32,000 bases of DNA, from positions 3,840,001-3,872,000 of the forward strand of contig NC_000962.3 in assembly GCF_000195955.2 (NCBI RefSeq), written 5' to 3'. Under the pieces are notes generated by a model, which saw only the letters and a list, made by a program, of their open reading frames with translations, was not told the origin of the DNA and searched no databases. Every line of letters starts with the position of its first letter. Positions within the stretch are counted from its first letter, which is position 1. Below are positions 7,702 to 16,910 of this stretch, one piece after another. This DNA comes from Mycobacterium tuberculosis H37Rv. Lineage in GTDB: Bacteria > Actinomycetota > Actinomycetes > Mycobacteriales > Mycobacteriaceae. A program made the translations under genes and the position numbers.

Positions 7702-8805
7702 GTCCAGAAGGCCGGGGCGGAACCTGTCAACATTTCTGAGACACGATTTTCGGGGATTTATTGAGTCGGCTGGTCCTCCTTCGGTGGTGGGTTGATCGCG
7801 CTGAAGGCCGGTAGCGCGGGTGGCTCGGGTGGTTTGCGAACGAATCCGCTCGAGGTGGTCTCGGTAGGCGGTGTCCAGAACGGTGGCGCGGTGCCGGCGG
7901 ATCTGATCGGCGCGGCCGTAGTGCACGTCGGCGGGCGTGTGCAGTCCGATGCCGGAATGCTTGTGTTCGTGGTTGTACCAGCCGAAGAACCGGTCGCAGT
8001 GCACCCGGGCCGCCTCGATCGACTCGAACCGTTTCGGGAAGTCGGGCCGGTACTTGAGGGTCTTGAACTGGGCCTCAGACAACGGGTTGTCGTTGCTGGT
8101 GTGCGGGCGTGAGTGCGACTTGGTGACACCGAGGTCGGCCAGCAGCAGTGCCACCGGTTTGGAGCTCATCGACGAGCCGCGGTCGGCGTGCAGGGTCAGC
8201 TGGTCGGCGCTGATGTGCTGGGCGGCAAGGGTTTGCGCGATCAGCCGCTCGGCCAAGACCTTCGACTCACGCGAGGCCACCATCCACCCGACCACGTAGC
8301 GGGAGAAGATGTCGAGGATCACATACAGGTAGTAATAGCTCCACTTTGCTGGGCCACGCAGCTTGGTGATATCCCACGACCACACCGAATTCGGCTGATG
8401 AGCAACCAACTCTGGCTTCACCGCAGCCGGGTGGGTGGCCTGGCGGCGGCGATCACCGGTCTGGCCGCGCTCACGCAGCAGCCGATACATCGTGGACTCG
8501 CTGCACAGGTAGATGCCCTCGTCGAGCAGCGTGGCATATACCACCGCCGGCGCCATGTCAGCGAAGCGCTGCGAGTTCAGCACCGCCAGTACGTGCTCAC
8601 GTTCGGCCGCACTCAGCGCCCGCGGCTGCGCGCTCTCCCGCGGTCCCGACGGGTCGGTCACCGCCGTGCTGGTGAACGTATCCGATTGTGCCGACAACCG
8701 TTTCGAGTGGGCCCGGTAGTAGGAGGCCGGCGCACGACCGGTCGCCGCACACGCGGCCCGAACCCCGATCAACGGGATCATCTCCTCGATGGCCGTGTCG
8801 ATCAC
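7642..8805 (-). CDS. IS3-family transposase OrfB (IS1540-like, 387 aa ORF), 3' end frameshifted
   Basis: IGVRAACAATGRAPASYYRAH; SVWSWDITKLRG; LHADRGSSM; NDNPLSEAQFKTLKYRPDFP; WYNHEHKHSGIGLHTPADVHYG. rve/DDE integrase core. Confidence 0.9.
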   Translation of the reverse strand: MIDTAIEEMIPLIGVRAACAATGRAPASYYRAHSKRLSAQSDTFTSTAVTDPSGPRESAQPRALSAAEREHVLAVLNSQRFADMAPAVVYATLLDEGIYLCSESTMYRLLRERGQTGDRRRQATHPAAVKPELVAHQPNSVWSWDITKLRGPAKWSYYYLYVILDIFSRYVVGWMVASRESKVLAERLIAQTLAAQHISADQLTLHADRGSSMSSKPVALLLADLGVTKSHSRPHTSNDNPLSEAQFKTLKYRPDFPKRFESIEAARVHCDRFFGWYNHEHKHSGIGLHTPADVHYGRADQIRRHRATVLDTAYRDHLERIRSQTTRATRATGLQRDQPTTEGGPADSINPRKSCLRNVDRFRPGLLDLPAPAPVDLRRLLPSGQIR

Positions 8806-9305
8806 GCTCAGCGCTCACTCTCGCACATCGCCGCGCTGTCGGCTCAGAGCCTCTCCAAGAGCGCGGACAGTTCCCCCTGCACACGGATCACCTCGCGTGC
8901 GGTGTCGAGCTCGGCGCGCAGCCACGCGATCTCGGCGTCAGCGGCATTGGCGCCGGCCTTGCCCGGCTTGGGGCCCCGCCGCGCCGACAGCGCCGCCAAC
9001 GCCCCCCGATCACGCTGATGGCGCTATTCGGTCAGCAACGACGAATACAGGTTCTCCCGCCGCAAGATCGCACCCCTTTCCGTGCGATCGGCGCGGTCAT
9101 ACTCATCAAGGATCGCCAGCTTGTACTTCACGGTGAACGTACGCCGCTGCGCCCGCTCAGGCACCTGAGGATCAGGCACCTCGTCCACGGTGACCGACGA
9201 ACCCCGTCGGCCAGTACCAGCCCTATTAGTCAACCTCGTTCTCTTCGTACTCGCCCTCAGGCTCAGTAAACATCTCCACTCGCAGTGTCTCACTCAAGGT
9301 TGACA
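7725..9305 (-). mobile_element. IS1540: IS3-family insertion sequence (IS1540-like), about 1581 bp
   Basis: Terminal IRs: left TGTCAACATTTCTGAGACAC (from 7725); right end reverse complement TGTCAACCTTGAGTGAGACAC (ending at 9305); orfA and orfB between them. Confidence 0.8.
8844..9188 (-). pseudogene. IS3-family OrfA with in-frame TAG (IS1540-like)
   Basis: VDEVPDPQVPERAQRRTFTVKYKLAILDEYDRADRTERGAILRRENLYSSLLTE*RHQRDRGALAALSARRGPKPGKAGANAADAEIAWLRAELDTAREVIRVQGELSALLERL*; internal stop at 9024-9026. Confidence 0.8.
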
Positions 9306-10139
9306 GAGAGGGTCGGCGACGCGGTCCCACTGAGCGCCGACCTCCTCAGGGTCGGTGTGGGCGAAAATCGTCTTGACCGCCACGGTCACCGCCGGGGCGT
9401 GTTTGGCCGCTACCGCGGTGTACAGGTTTCGCATGAAATGCACCCGGCAACGCTGCCACGACGCCCCACTGAACTGTTGTGCCACAGCGGCTTTCAGCCC
9501 AGCATGGGCATCGGAGATCACCAGATGCACCCCGGTCAGCCCACGCGCTTTCAGTGAGGCCAAAAACTCACGCCAGAACTCGTAAGACTCGCTGTCACCC
9601 ACAGCGGTGCCCAACACTTCGCGGGTGCCGTCGATGGACACCCCGGTGGCCACCACCAGAGCCTGAGACACCACGTGCGCCCCGACACGCACCTTGCAGA
9701 AGGTCGCATCGCAGAACACATACGGGAACTCGGTGTGGGTCAAGCTGCGGGTCCGAAACGCCTCGATCTCGGTGTCCAGACCGGCGCAGATGCGTGAGAC
9801 CTCGGATTTAGACACCCCGGCCTGCACGCCCATCGCGGCCACCAGATCATCGACACTGCGCGTCGACACCCCGTGCACGTAGGCCTCCATGATCACCGCG
9901 TGCAACGCTTTATCGATGCGGCGGCGCCGCTCCAAAAGCGACGGGAAGAACGAACCGGCCCGCAGCTTGGGGATCTGCACCTCGATATCGCCGGCCGTGG
10001 TCGACACTGTCTTGGGCCGGTGCCCATTGCGGTGCACGATGCGCCCATCGGAGCGCTCGTAGCGGCCTGCACCGATCGCCTCGGTGGCTTCGGCCTCGAT
10101 CAACGCCTGCAACCCGGCACGGATCAGCTCGGCAAACAC
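9294..10139 (-). CDS. IS256/Mutator-family transposase, C-terminally truncated (IS1552-like, 281 aa)
   Basis: GRYERSDGRIVHRNGHRPKTVSTTAGDIEVQIPKLRAGSFFPSLLERRRRIDKAL...CDATFCKVRVG...VVISDAHAGLKAAV...CRVHFMRNL. Mutator transposase lacking the C-terminal third. Confidence 0.92.
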   Translation of the reverse strand: MFAELIRAGLQALIEAEATEAIGAGRYERSDGRIVHRNGHRPKTVSTTAGDIEVQIPKLRAGSFFPSLLERRRRIDKALHAVIMEAYVHGVSTRSVDDLVAAMGVQAGVSKSEVSRICAGLDTEIEAFRTRSLTHTEFPYVFCDATFCKVRVGAHVVSQALVVATGVSIDGTREVLGTAVGDSESYEFWREFLASLKARGLTGVHLVISDAHAGLKAAVAQQFSGASWQRCRVHFMRNLYTAVAAKHAPAVTVAVKTIFAHTDPEEVGAQWDRVADPLCQP

Positions 10140-10200
10140 CGCCGAGGCATCAGCAGCTTCACTCGCGTTACGGACCGCTCAGTTGCTTCCCCCAACGGGG
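9306..10200 (-). mobile_element. IS1552: Remnant of an IS256-family element (IS1552-like), cut at its 3' end by IS1540; right boundary approximate
   Basis: Transposase coding sequence stops abruptly at the outer edge of the IS1540 terminal repeat (9305/9306). No matching terminal repeat identified on the right. Confidence 0.6.
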
Positions 10201-10313
10201 CTTTCGACGCTGGGCTTCGACCCTGCCCGTTTCCAAACCAAGCGGCCAGCCTGCTACCGGGCCTCCTGACAGCTACCCGGACCGGACTCCCACCGGCAGG
10301 CGACGACGAGCTT

Positions 10314-10350
10314 TGATCAGGTCATGACCTAAGACATCACCTCCTGATCA
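10314..10350. other. Inverted repeat downstream of gadB enclosing a 12-bp palindrome
   Basis: tgatcagg (10314-10321) / cctgatca (10343-10350), and the palindrome aggtcatgacct at 10319-10330. Confidence 0.5.
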
Positions 10351-10371
10351 CTGGGCGCACCGGCTGCAGTA

Positions 10372-11754
10372 CTAGTGCGCGAAATGCTGTGCGTCGAAGT
10401 GGCCACCCGGCTTGACCTTGTCCAGGGCAGCCAACGCGGTGACCGCGTCGTCGTGCAGGGCCCGCGCCAGGTCGGCGGAGAGTCCTTCCCGAACCACGAT
10501 CCGCAGCACCGCCACGTCGGTGGCGTTGTCCGGCATGGTGTAGGCGGGCACCTGCCACCCGAAGGTCCGCAGCTCATGGGAGACGTCGAACTCCGTGTAC
10601 CCGCGGTCGCCGGCGAGCCGGAAGCTGACCACCGGGATCGCCGAACCATCCGAGATCACCTCGCAATGATCCACCTCGCGCAGCTGGTCACCCAGCCACC
10701 GGGCGGTGTGCGACAGCGCCTGCATCACCTTGGTATAGCCGTCGCGCCCCAGCCGCAGGAAGTTGTAGTACTGGCCCACCACCTGGTTACCGGGACGGGA
10801 GAAGTTCAGGGTGAAGGTCGGCATGTCGCCGCCGAGGTAGTTGACCCGGAAAACCAGATCCTCCGGCAGGTGCTCGGGCCCGCGCCACACGACAAACCCG
10901 ACGCCGGGATAGGTCAGCCCATACTTGTGGCCGCTGACGTTGATCGACACCACGCGGGGCAGCCGAAAATCCCATACCAGGTCCGGATGCAAAAACGGCA
11001 CCACAAAGCCCCCACTGGCCGCGTCGACGTGTACCGGGACGTCCACACCCCCGCCAGCCGCCAGTTTGTCCAGCGCGGCGCAGATCTCGGCGATGGGTTC
11101 GAGTTCACCGGTATAGGTGGTGCCCAAGATCGCCACCACGCCGATGGTGTTCTCGTCGACGGCGGCGAGCACCTGCTCGGGGGTGATGACGTAGCGGCCC
11201 CGCTCCATCGGCAGGTAACGGGGTTCGACGTCGAAGTAGCGGCAGAACTTCTCCCACACCACCTGGACGTTCGAACCCATCACCAGATTGGGCATGCGCC
11301 CCTTCCAAGACCCCACCCGTTGCCGCCAACGCCATTTCAGGGCCAGCCCACCCAGCATCACCGCCTCGCTGGAGCCGATGGTGGACACCCCGGTGGCGCT
11401 GGTGGGGTCGTGGTCGCGCAGACCCTCGGCGTGAAACAGGTCGGCGACCATGGACACACAGCGCGCCTCGATGGCCGCGGTCGCCGGGTATTCGTCCTTA
11501 TCGATCATGTTCTTGTCGAACGTCTCGGCCATCAGCTTTTCGGCCTCCGGGTCCATCCAGGTGGTCACGAAGGTGGCCAGATTCAGCCGCGAGCTACCGT
11601 CGAGCATCAGCTCGTCGTGGATGAAGCGATAGGCCGCCTCGGGATCCATCGACTCATCGGGCATCCGCAGCGCCGGCACCGGTGCGGTGAACATCCGACC
11701 GGTGTAGGCCGGAGCGATCGAATGCGCGGGCACGGACGGGTGACTGCGAGACAC
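10372..11754 (-). CDS. gadB: Glutamate decarboxylase (460 aa)
   Basis: VHVDAASGGFVVPFLHP; VSINVSGHKYGLTYPGVGFVVWR (PLP lysine); GTG start at 11754. The longer 528-aa ORF is an N-terminal extension. Confidence 0.95.
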   Translation of the reverse strand: MSRSHPSVPAHSIAPAYTGRMFTAPVPALRMPDESMDPEAAYRFIHDELMLDGSSRLNLATFVTTWMDPEAEKLMAETFDKNMIDKDEYPATAAIEARCVSMVADLFHAEGLRDHDPTSATGVSTIGSSEAVMLGGLALKWRWRQRVGSWKGRMPNLVMGSNVQVVWEKFCRYFDVEPRYLPMERGRYVITPEQVLAAVDENTIGVVAILGTTYTGELEPIAEICAALDKLAAGGGVDVPVHVDAASGGFVVPFLHPDLVWDFRLPRVVSINVSGHKYGLTYPGVGFVVWRGPEHLPEDLVFRVNYLGGDMPTFTLNFSRPGNQVVGQYYNFLRLGRDGYTKVMQALSHTARWLGDQLREVDHCEVISDGSAIPVVSFRLAGDRGYTEFDVSHELRTFGWQVPAYTMPDNATDVAVLRIVVREGLSADLARALHDDAVTALAALDKVKPGGHFDAQHFAH

Positions 11755-11791
11755 GGCGGATCCTTTCCGGGCTTGTTGCGGACTGGCAGGA

Positions 11792-13213
11792 CTACAGGGC
11801 AGCCAGAGCGGCCCGAATGTGGCCGCTGATGCGCGACGCCGACGTGGGCGCATCGCCGGGGCCGGGATCGGCGGCCGCGGCCGCCGATGCCCGGGCGTGC
11901 ACGAACGCCGCGGCCGCGGCCGCCTCCCCAGACGGCAATCCCGACGCCAGCAGCGCACCGATCATCCCGGACAGCACGTCACCGGACCCGGCGGTGGCCG
12001 CCCAGGACTGGCCGGCCGGATTGAGATAGACCGGGCCGCCGGGATCGGCGATGACGGTGACATTGCCCTTGAGCAGCACGGTGGCGCCCAGCGCGTCGGC
12101 CAGCTGGCGGCAGGCCCCCACGCGGTCGTCACCGGGCGGCGCCCCGGCCAGCCGGGCGAACTCACCGGCGTGCGGCGTCAAGACCGTCGGGGCGTTGCGG
12201 CCCGCCACCAGATCGGGGTGGTCCGCCAGCATGGTCAGCCCGTCGGCGTCGACCAACACCGGCAGGTCGGTGTCCAGCGCGAACCACAACGCGGCGGCCC
12301 CGGCTTCGTCGGTGCCCAGGCCCGGCCCGACGACCCAGGCCTGCACCCGCCCGGCCGCCGCCGGGGTGGGCGAGGCGATGACCTCCGGCCAGTGCGCGAG
12401 GACTTCCGCATGGGCGGTCCCGGCGTAGCGGACCATGCCGGAGGTGGCGGCGACGGCCGCCCCGGTGCACAGCACGGCCGCACCCGGATACGTCGACGAC
12501 CCGGCCAGCACGCCGGTCACGCCCTGGGTGTATTTGTCGTCGCGGGGACCGGGCACCGGCCAGCGCGCGGCCACGTCGGTAGCCTCGAAACCCAACACGT
12601 CGGTGTGCGCCAGGTCCAGCCCGATATCGACAAGGACGACGCGGCCGCAGTCGGCCAGCGCGTGCACCGGTTTGAGCCCGCCAAAGGTGACGGTCAGCGC
12701 GGCGTGCACGGCGGGGCCGGTGATCGCCCCGGTCGCCACATCGATGCCGCTGGGGATGTCGACGGCGACCACCGGTATGGCGGCGGCCTGAACCGCGGCG
12801 AACACCTGCGCGGCCGCCGGTCGCAGCGGCCCCGAGCCGGAGATGCCGACCACCCCGTCGATGACGAGATCGGTCGCCGCCGAGACACTCTCGACGAGGC
12901 GACCCCCGGATTTGGTGAACGCCGCCAGCGCCTTGCGATGCGTGCGGTCCGGGTTGAGCAGCACCGCGTCGGCGGCGGCGCCGCGGCGTCGCAGGAACGT
13001 CGCCGCCCACAGCGCGTCGCCACCGTTGTCGCCGGATCCGACGACCGCGCACACCCGGCGGCCGACCACCCCACCCGTGCGAGCGGTCAACTCACGGCCG
13101 ATCTCGGTGGCCAGCCCGAAGGCCGCGCGTCGCATCAGCGCACCGTCGGGCAGGCTGGCCAACAGGGGCGCCTCAGCCGCGCGGATGGTGTCGACAGAGT
13201 AGTAGTGGCGCAT
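11792..13213 (-). CDS. nnr: Bifunctional NAD(P)H-hydrate epimerase/dehydratase (473 aa)
   Basis: N-terminal YjeF_N-like domain (CAVVGSGDNGGDALWAA) and C-terminal carbohydrate-kinase-like domain (VLTPHAGEFARLAG; SWAATAGSGDVLSGMIGALLASG). Confidence 0.93.
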   Translation of the reverse strand: MRHYYSVDTIRAAEAPLLASLPDGALMRRAAFGLATEIGRELTARTGGVVGRRVCAVVGSGDNGGDALWAATFLRRRGAAADAVLLNPDRTHRKALAAFTKSGGRLVESVSAATDLVIDGVVGISGSGPLRPAAAQVFAAVQAAAIPVVAVDIPSGIDVATGAITGPAVHAALTVTFGGLKPVHALADCGRVVLVDIGLDLAHTDVLGFEATDVAARWPVPGPRDDKYTQGVTGVLAGSSTYPGAAVLCTGAAVAATSGMVRYAGTAHAEVLAHWPEVIASPTPAAAGRVQAWVVGPGLGTDEAGAAALWFALDTDLPVLVDADGLTMLADHPDLVAGRNAPTVLTPHAGEFARLAGAPPGDDRVGACRQLADALGATVLLKGNVTVIADPGGPVYLNPAGQSWAATAGSGDVLSGMIGALLASGLPSGEAAAAAAFVHARASAAAAADPGPGDAPTSASRISGHIRAALAAL

Positions 13214-13214
13214 C

Positions 13215-13928
13215 TCAGGCCCGCCGTCCTCGGGTGCCGCGCCTGTGCAGCAGACTTTTGATTCTGGCCGGATTCCACAGCCGACCGTCGCGTTCCCGGG
13301 CCATCGGATAGAACAGCAGACCAATCAGGATGGACGCGAAGTGACCGACCGCGGTGAAGTCCAGCTCGGCTTTGTCCATCGCGATCAGCGGAAAACCAAA
13401 GATGACCAGCAGCACCCCGAGATAGCCCCAGCGCCACGGTTTGGCGATGTGATAGGTCAATACCGCCATCACACCGACCAGGAAGTAGCTGACCCCGATA
13501 TCACGAGCGTGCACCATCCTTTCGGAGGCGTCTCGGTGCTGGATCGCCAGATAGAGCAGGCCTTCGCTCAAATAGGTGGCACCGATGTGAGCGGTCAATC
13601 CCACGGTGAGCCAACGCAAGTGGCCGAGCCAATGCTCGGCGGGCGCTAGGAACAGGGTGAACAGCAGCAGGTACGGTTCCAAATTCCGGCCGTCGATCCA
13701 CAACAGGCTGGAAAACAGCACCTCGAGCGGATCGCGCCCCAACTCGGCGATGTTGGTGGACCGGTGCAGGAGCACGAAATGCAGCTGGCTCCCGGTGAGA
13801 TTGTTCTGGATGATCGTGGTGATCACCAACACGACCAGCCAGGCATAGGTCAACGGGGCGTTGCTGACGAAGTGCCACACCGCGAGCGCCCACGATCGCA
13901 GCCGTGCCACCACCGATGCGTCCGCCAC
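13215..13928 (-). CDS. Multi-pass membrane protein, rhomboid-like appearance (237 aa)
   Basis: Several hydrophobic helices (PLTYAWLVVLVITTII; VSYFLVGVMAVLTYHI; WGYLGVLLVIFGFPLIAM; HIGATYLSEG). Directly abuts the nnr start. Confidence 0.8.
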   Translation of the reverse strand: MADASVVARLRSWALAVWHFVSNAPLTYAWLVVLVITTIIQNNLTGSQLHFVLLHRSTNIAELGRDPLEVLFSSLLWIDGRNLEPYLLLFTLFLAPAEHWLGHLRWLTVGLTAHIGATYLSEGLLYLAIQHRDASERMVHARDIGVSYFLVGVMAVLTYHIAKPWRWGYLGVLLVIFGFPLIAMDKAELDFTAVGHFASILIGLLFYPMARERDGRLWNPARIKSLLHRRGTRGRRA

Positions 13929-13938
13929 GGGTCAACAC

Positions 13939-14793
13939 TTACATGGTTTCGTCGACGTCAGGCTTCAGGTGCCACCACCAGCAGAGGATATACAGCACCA
14001 TCGAGGTCACCAATGCGACGACCACCCAGAGTACGACCGTGACGTCGATCCAAAATCCGATTGGGGGCGCGTCGGGAAGCGCATTGCGCAGCGGTATCAC
14101 CGCAAAAAGCATTGCCGCATACCACGTTGTCATCGGCGGCTGGAATTGCCGCCGGCCACGTGCGGTTTGAACCGCAACGAACAGGCCCACCCCGGCCAGC
14201 GCGATCAACACACCGACGATGACGGTGCCGAATGCCACGCTGCTCGGCGATCGGTGCAACCCCACTCGGTACGGGGCAGGCACATTGGCGTCGCCGACAC
14301 CGGAAATGTCGACGTTCCAGCCCGGAAGCCGGTCGACGAATGTCACCGACACACGTTCCGGCGCGTGCGCGGCTCCGCGGTAGAGCTGGACCGTGATCGG
14401 CCCCGAACGGTAGTGGTCGAACGGCCAATTCGCGGGATCCCCGGAGATGGTCAGCGGGACGGGAAAGACGCCGGGCAGCGAACCACTCGACCAGGTGCGC
14501 TTGGTAGGCGTTACCACGGATGTGACCGTGACGGTGAGGTCGTCCTTGAGGCCCTGGGTTTGCGAATCCAGCAGCTCAGTCCCAGGTGACACGGCGAGGT
14601 TGGCAACCAGCACGCCCTTGATCGTCTGAAGCTGCTCGACGTGCAGGGTCACCGTGGTCCCGTCGGCCGTCGGCCGACCGTGGGCGACTTCATGAGGTCG
14701 GCCGAGGCCGGTGCTGTGATACAACGCGATCACGGTGACGTAGGCCGCAATCACGAGCACCAAACCGACAACGACTCTCAGGATGCGTCCCAA
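13939..14793 (-). CDS. Conserved transmembrane protein (about 284 aa; ORF open to 14877)
   Basis: LGRILRVVVGLVLVIAAYVTVIAL; VIVGVLIALAGVGLFVAV; and further C-terminal membrane helices. TTG start at 14793 is one possible start. Confidence 0.78.
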   Translation of the reverse strand: MGRILRVVVGLVLVIAAYVTVIALYHSTGLGRPHEVAHGRPTADGTTVTLHVEQLQTIKGVLVANLAVSPGTELLDSQTQGLKDDLTVTVTSVVTPTKRTWSSGSLPGVFPVPLTISGDPANWPFDHYRSGPITVQLYRGAAHAPERVSVTFVDRLPGWNVDISGVGDANVPAPYRVGLHRSPSSVAFGTVIVGVLIALAGVGLFVAVQTARGRRQFQPPMTTWYAAMLFAVIPLRNALPDAPPIGFWIDVTVVLWVVVALVTSMVLYILCWWWHLKPDVDETM

Positions 14794-15014
14794 CTCGCTA
14801 CCCGCCCACTTGTGCGTTCCGGCCCGGAAATTGTAACCGCGGGACCCCTCCGTCAGCGGATGCCACCGCCAGGCCACGTGATTGTGCGACAGCCGCCATC
14901 TTCCTGTGGTAGGTGATCATCGCCGTCAACTCCGCACCCAACGTCTCCGCGGTCGCCACGTGGATCGCGTCGAGTGTCTTGGGCCGCCAGGTCCCGTACC
15001 GTGAGCCACCTCGA

Positions 15015-16889
15015 CTATTCGACGGTGACGGACTTGGCCAGATTCCGCGGCTTGTCGACATCGTAGCCGCGGGCGCGCGCCACCGAAGCCGCGAACACCT
15101 GAAGCGGAATGGTTGATAGCAGCGGCTGCAATAGCGTTGACACCGCTGGGATTTCGATCAGGTGATCGGCGTAGGGGCGCACCGTTTCGTCGCCCTCCTC
15201 GGCGATCACGATGGTCACCGCACCGCGGGTCTGGATTTCACGGATGTTGGACAGCAGCTTGGCGTGCAGCGTGGCCGACCCCTTGGGTGAGGGCATGACG
15301 ACGATGACCGGTAGGCCGTCTTCGATCAGCGCGATCGGGCCGTGCTTGAGCTCGCCGGCCGCGAAACCCTCGGCGTGCATGTAGGCCAACTCCTTGAGTT
15401 TGAGTGCACCCTCCAGCGCCACCGGATAGCCGACATGGCGACCCAGGAACAGCACGGTCGACGACTGGGCGAACCGGTGGGCCAGCTCGGCCACCGGTCC
15501 GGTCGCCGCGATCACCCGGGCCACCAGGTCCGGCATCGCTTCCAGTTCGTGGTACTCGCGCTCGACCTCGTCGGGGTATTTGGTGCCGCGGGCCTGCGCC
15601 AAGGCAAGGCCGAGCAGATAGTTGGCAGCAATCTGCGCCAGAAACGTTTTTGTGGACGCCACACCGATCTCCGGGCCGGCGCGGGTGTAGAGCACCGCGT
15701 CGCACTCGCGCGGGATCTGCGAGCCGTTGGTGTTGCAGATCGCCAGCACCTTGGCTTTCTGCTCCTTGGCGTGTCGGACCGCTTCCAGCGTGTCGGCGGT
15801 TTCCCCGGACTGCGAGATCGCCACCACCAAGGTGCTACGGTCCAACACCGGATCCCGATACCGAAACTCGCTGGCGAGTTCCACTTCCACGGGCAGCCGC
15901 GTCCAGTGCTCGATCGCGTACTTGGCCAGCAGCCCGGAGTGATATGCGGTACCGCAGGCCACCACGAACACCTTGTCGATCTCGCGCAGTTCCTGGTCGC
16001 TCAACCGCTGCTCGTCGAGCACGATCCGGCCACCCACGAAGTGTCCGAGCAAGGTGTCGGCCACCGCGGCGGGCTGCTCGGCGATCTCCTTGAGCATGAA
16101 GTACTCGTAGCCGCCCTTTTCGGCGGCAGCCAGATCCCAGTCGATGTGGAAGGGGCGGAAATCGCGCCCAGCTTGTAGGCCATCGTTGCCGTCGAAATCG
16201 CTGATCCGGTAGCCGTCGGCGGTGATCACCACCGCCTGGTCCTGGCCGAGCTCGACCGCTTCCCGGGTGTGCTCGATAAACGCGGCCACGTCGGAACCGA
16301 CGAACATCTCGTTGTCGCCGATGCCCAGCACCAGGGGCGTGGAACGGCGGGCCGCCACGAGGGTGCCGGGGTCGTCGGCATTGGCGAACACGAGCGTGAA
16401 ATGCCCCTCAAGCCGGCGCAGCACGGCAAGTACGGAGCCGACGAAGTCATCGGCCGTCTCGCCGTGCCGATACGCCCGCGCCACCAGGTGCGCCGCGACC
16501 TCGGTATCGGTGTCGCTGGCAAACTCGACACCGGCAGTCTCCAGCTCCCGGCGCAAGACGGCGAAGTTCTCGATGATGCCGTTGTGGACGACGGCGATCT
16601 TGCCGGCAGCGTCGCGGTGCGGGTGCGCGTTGCGGTCGGTGGGACGACCGTGGGTGGCCCAGCGGGTGTGGCCCAGGCCGGTAGTACCGGACAGCGCCGT
16701 GGACGGCATTTCCGCCACGGCTTCCTCGAGGTTGGCCAGCCGGCCCGCACGCCGGCGCACGGTGAGTGTGCCACCGTCGACCAGCGCGATGCCCGACGAG
16801 TCGTAGCCGCGGTACTCCATCCGGCGCAGCGCGTCCATGACGACGACGTAGGCGGGGCGCCGCCCGACGTAACCGACAATTCCGCACAC
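15015..16889 (-). CDS. glmS: Glutamine--fructose-6-phosphate aminotransferase (624 aa)
   Basis: MCGIVGYVGRR (N-terminal Cys), GHTRWATHG, two SIS domains (CGTAYHSGLLAKY, SQSGETADTLEAV), C-terminal PRNLAKSVTVE; GTG start at 16889. Confidence 0.97.
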   Translation of the reverse strand: MCGIVGYVGRRPAYVVVMDALRRMEYRGYDSSGIALVDGGTLTVRRRAGRLANLEEAVAEMPSTALSGTTGLGHTRWATHGRPTDRNAHPHRDAAGKIAVVHNGIIENFAVLRRELETAGVEFASDTDTEVAAHLVARAYRHGETADDFVGSVLAVLRRLEGHFTLVFANADDPGTLVAARRSTPLVLGIGDNEMFVGSDVAAFIEHTREAVELGQDQAVVITADGYRISDFDGNDGLQAGRDFRPFHIDWDLAAAEKGGYEYFMLKEIAEQPAAVADTLLGHFVGGRIVLDEQRLSDQELREIDKVFVVACGTAYHSGLLAKYAIEHWTRLPVEVELASEFRYRDPVLDRSTLVVAISQSGETADTLEAVRHAKEQKAKVLAICNTNGSQIPRECDAVLYTRAGPEIGVASTKTFLAQIAANYLLGLALAQARGTKYPDEVEREYHELEAMPDLVARVIAATGPVAELAHRFAQSSTVLFLGRHVGYPVALEGALKLKELAYMHAEGFAAGELKHGPIALIEDGLPVIVVMPSPKGSATLHAKLLSNIREIQTRGAVTIVIAEEGDETVRPYADHLIEIPAVSTLLQPLLSTIPLQVFAASVARARGYDVDKPRNLAKSVTVE

Positions 16890-16910
16890 AGCAGACCAGG
16901 GTAGTGCAGC

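Noticed and set aside
10375-11829. 484-aa plus-strand ORF antisense to gadB
   Set aside because: High-GC shadow ORF of a clearly conserved enzyme; low-complexity Arg/His/Gly-rich product with no recognisable motif.
11819-13261. 480-aa plus-strand ORF antisense to nnr
   Set aside because: Shadow ORF; composition typical of a non-coding frame in GC-rich DNA, and the opposite strand encodes an intact Nnr.
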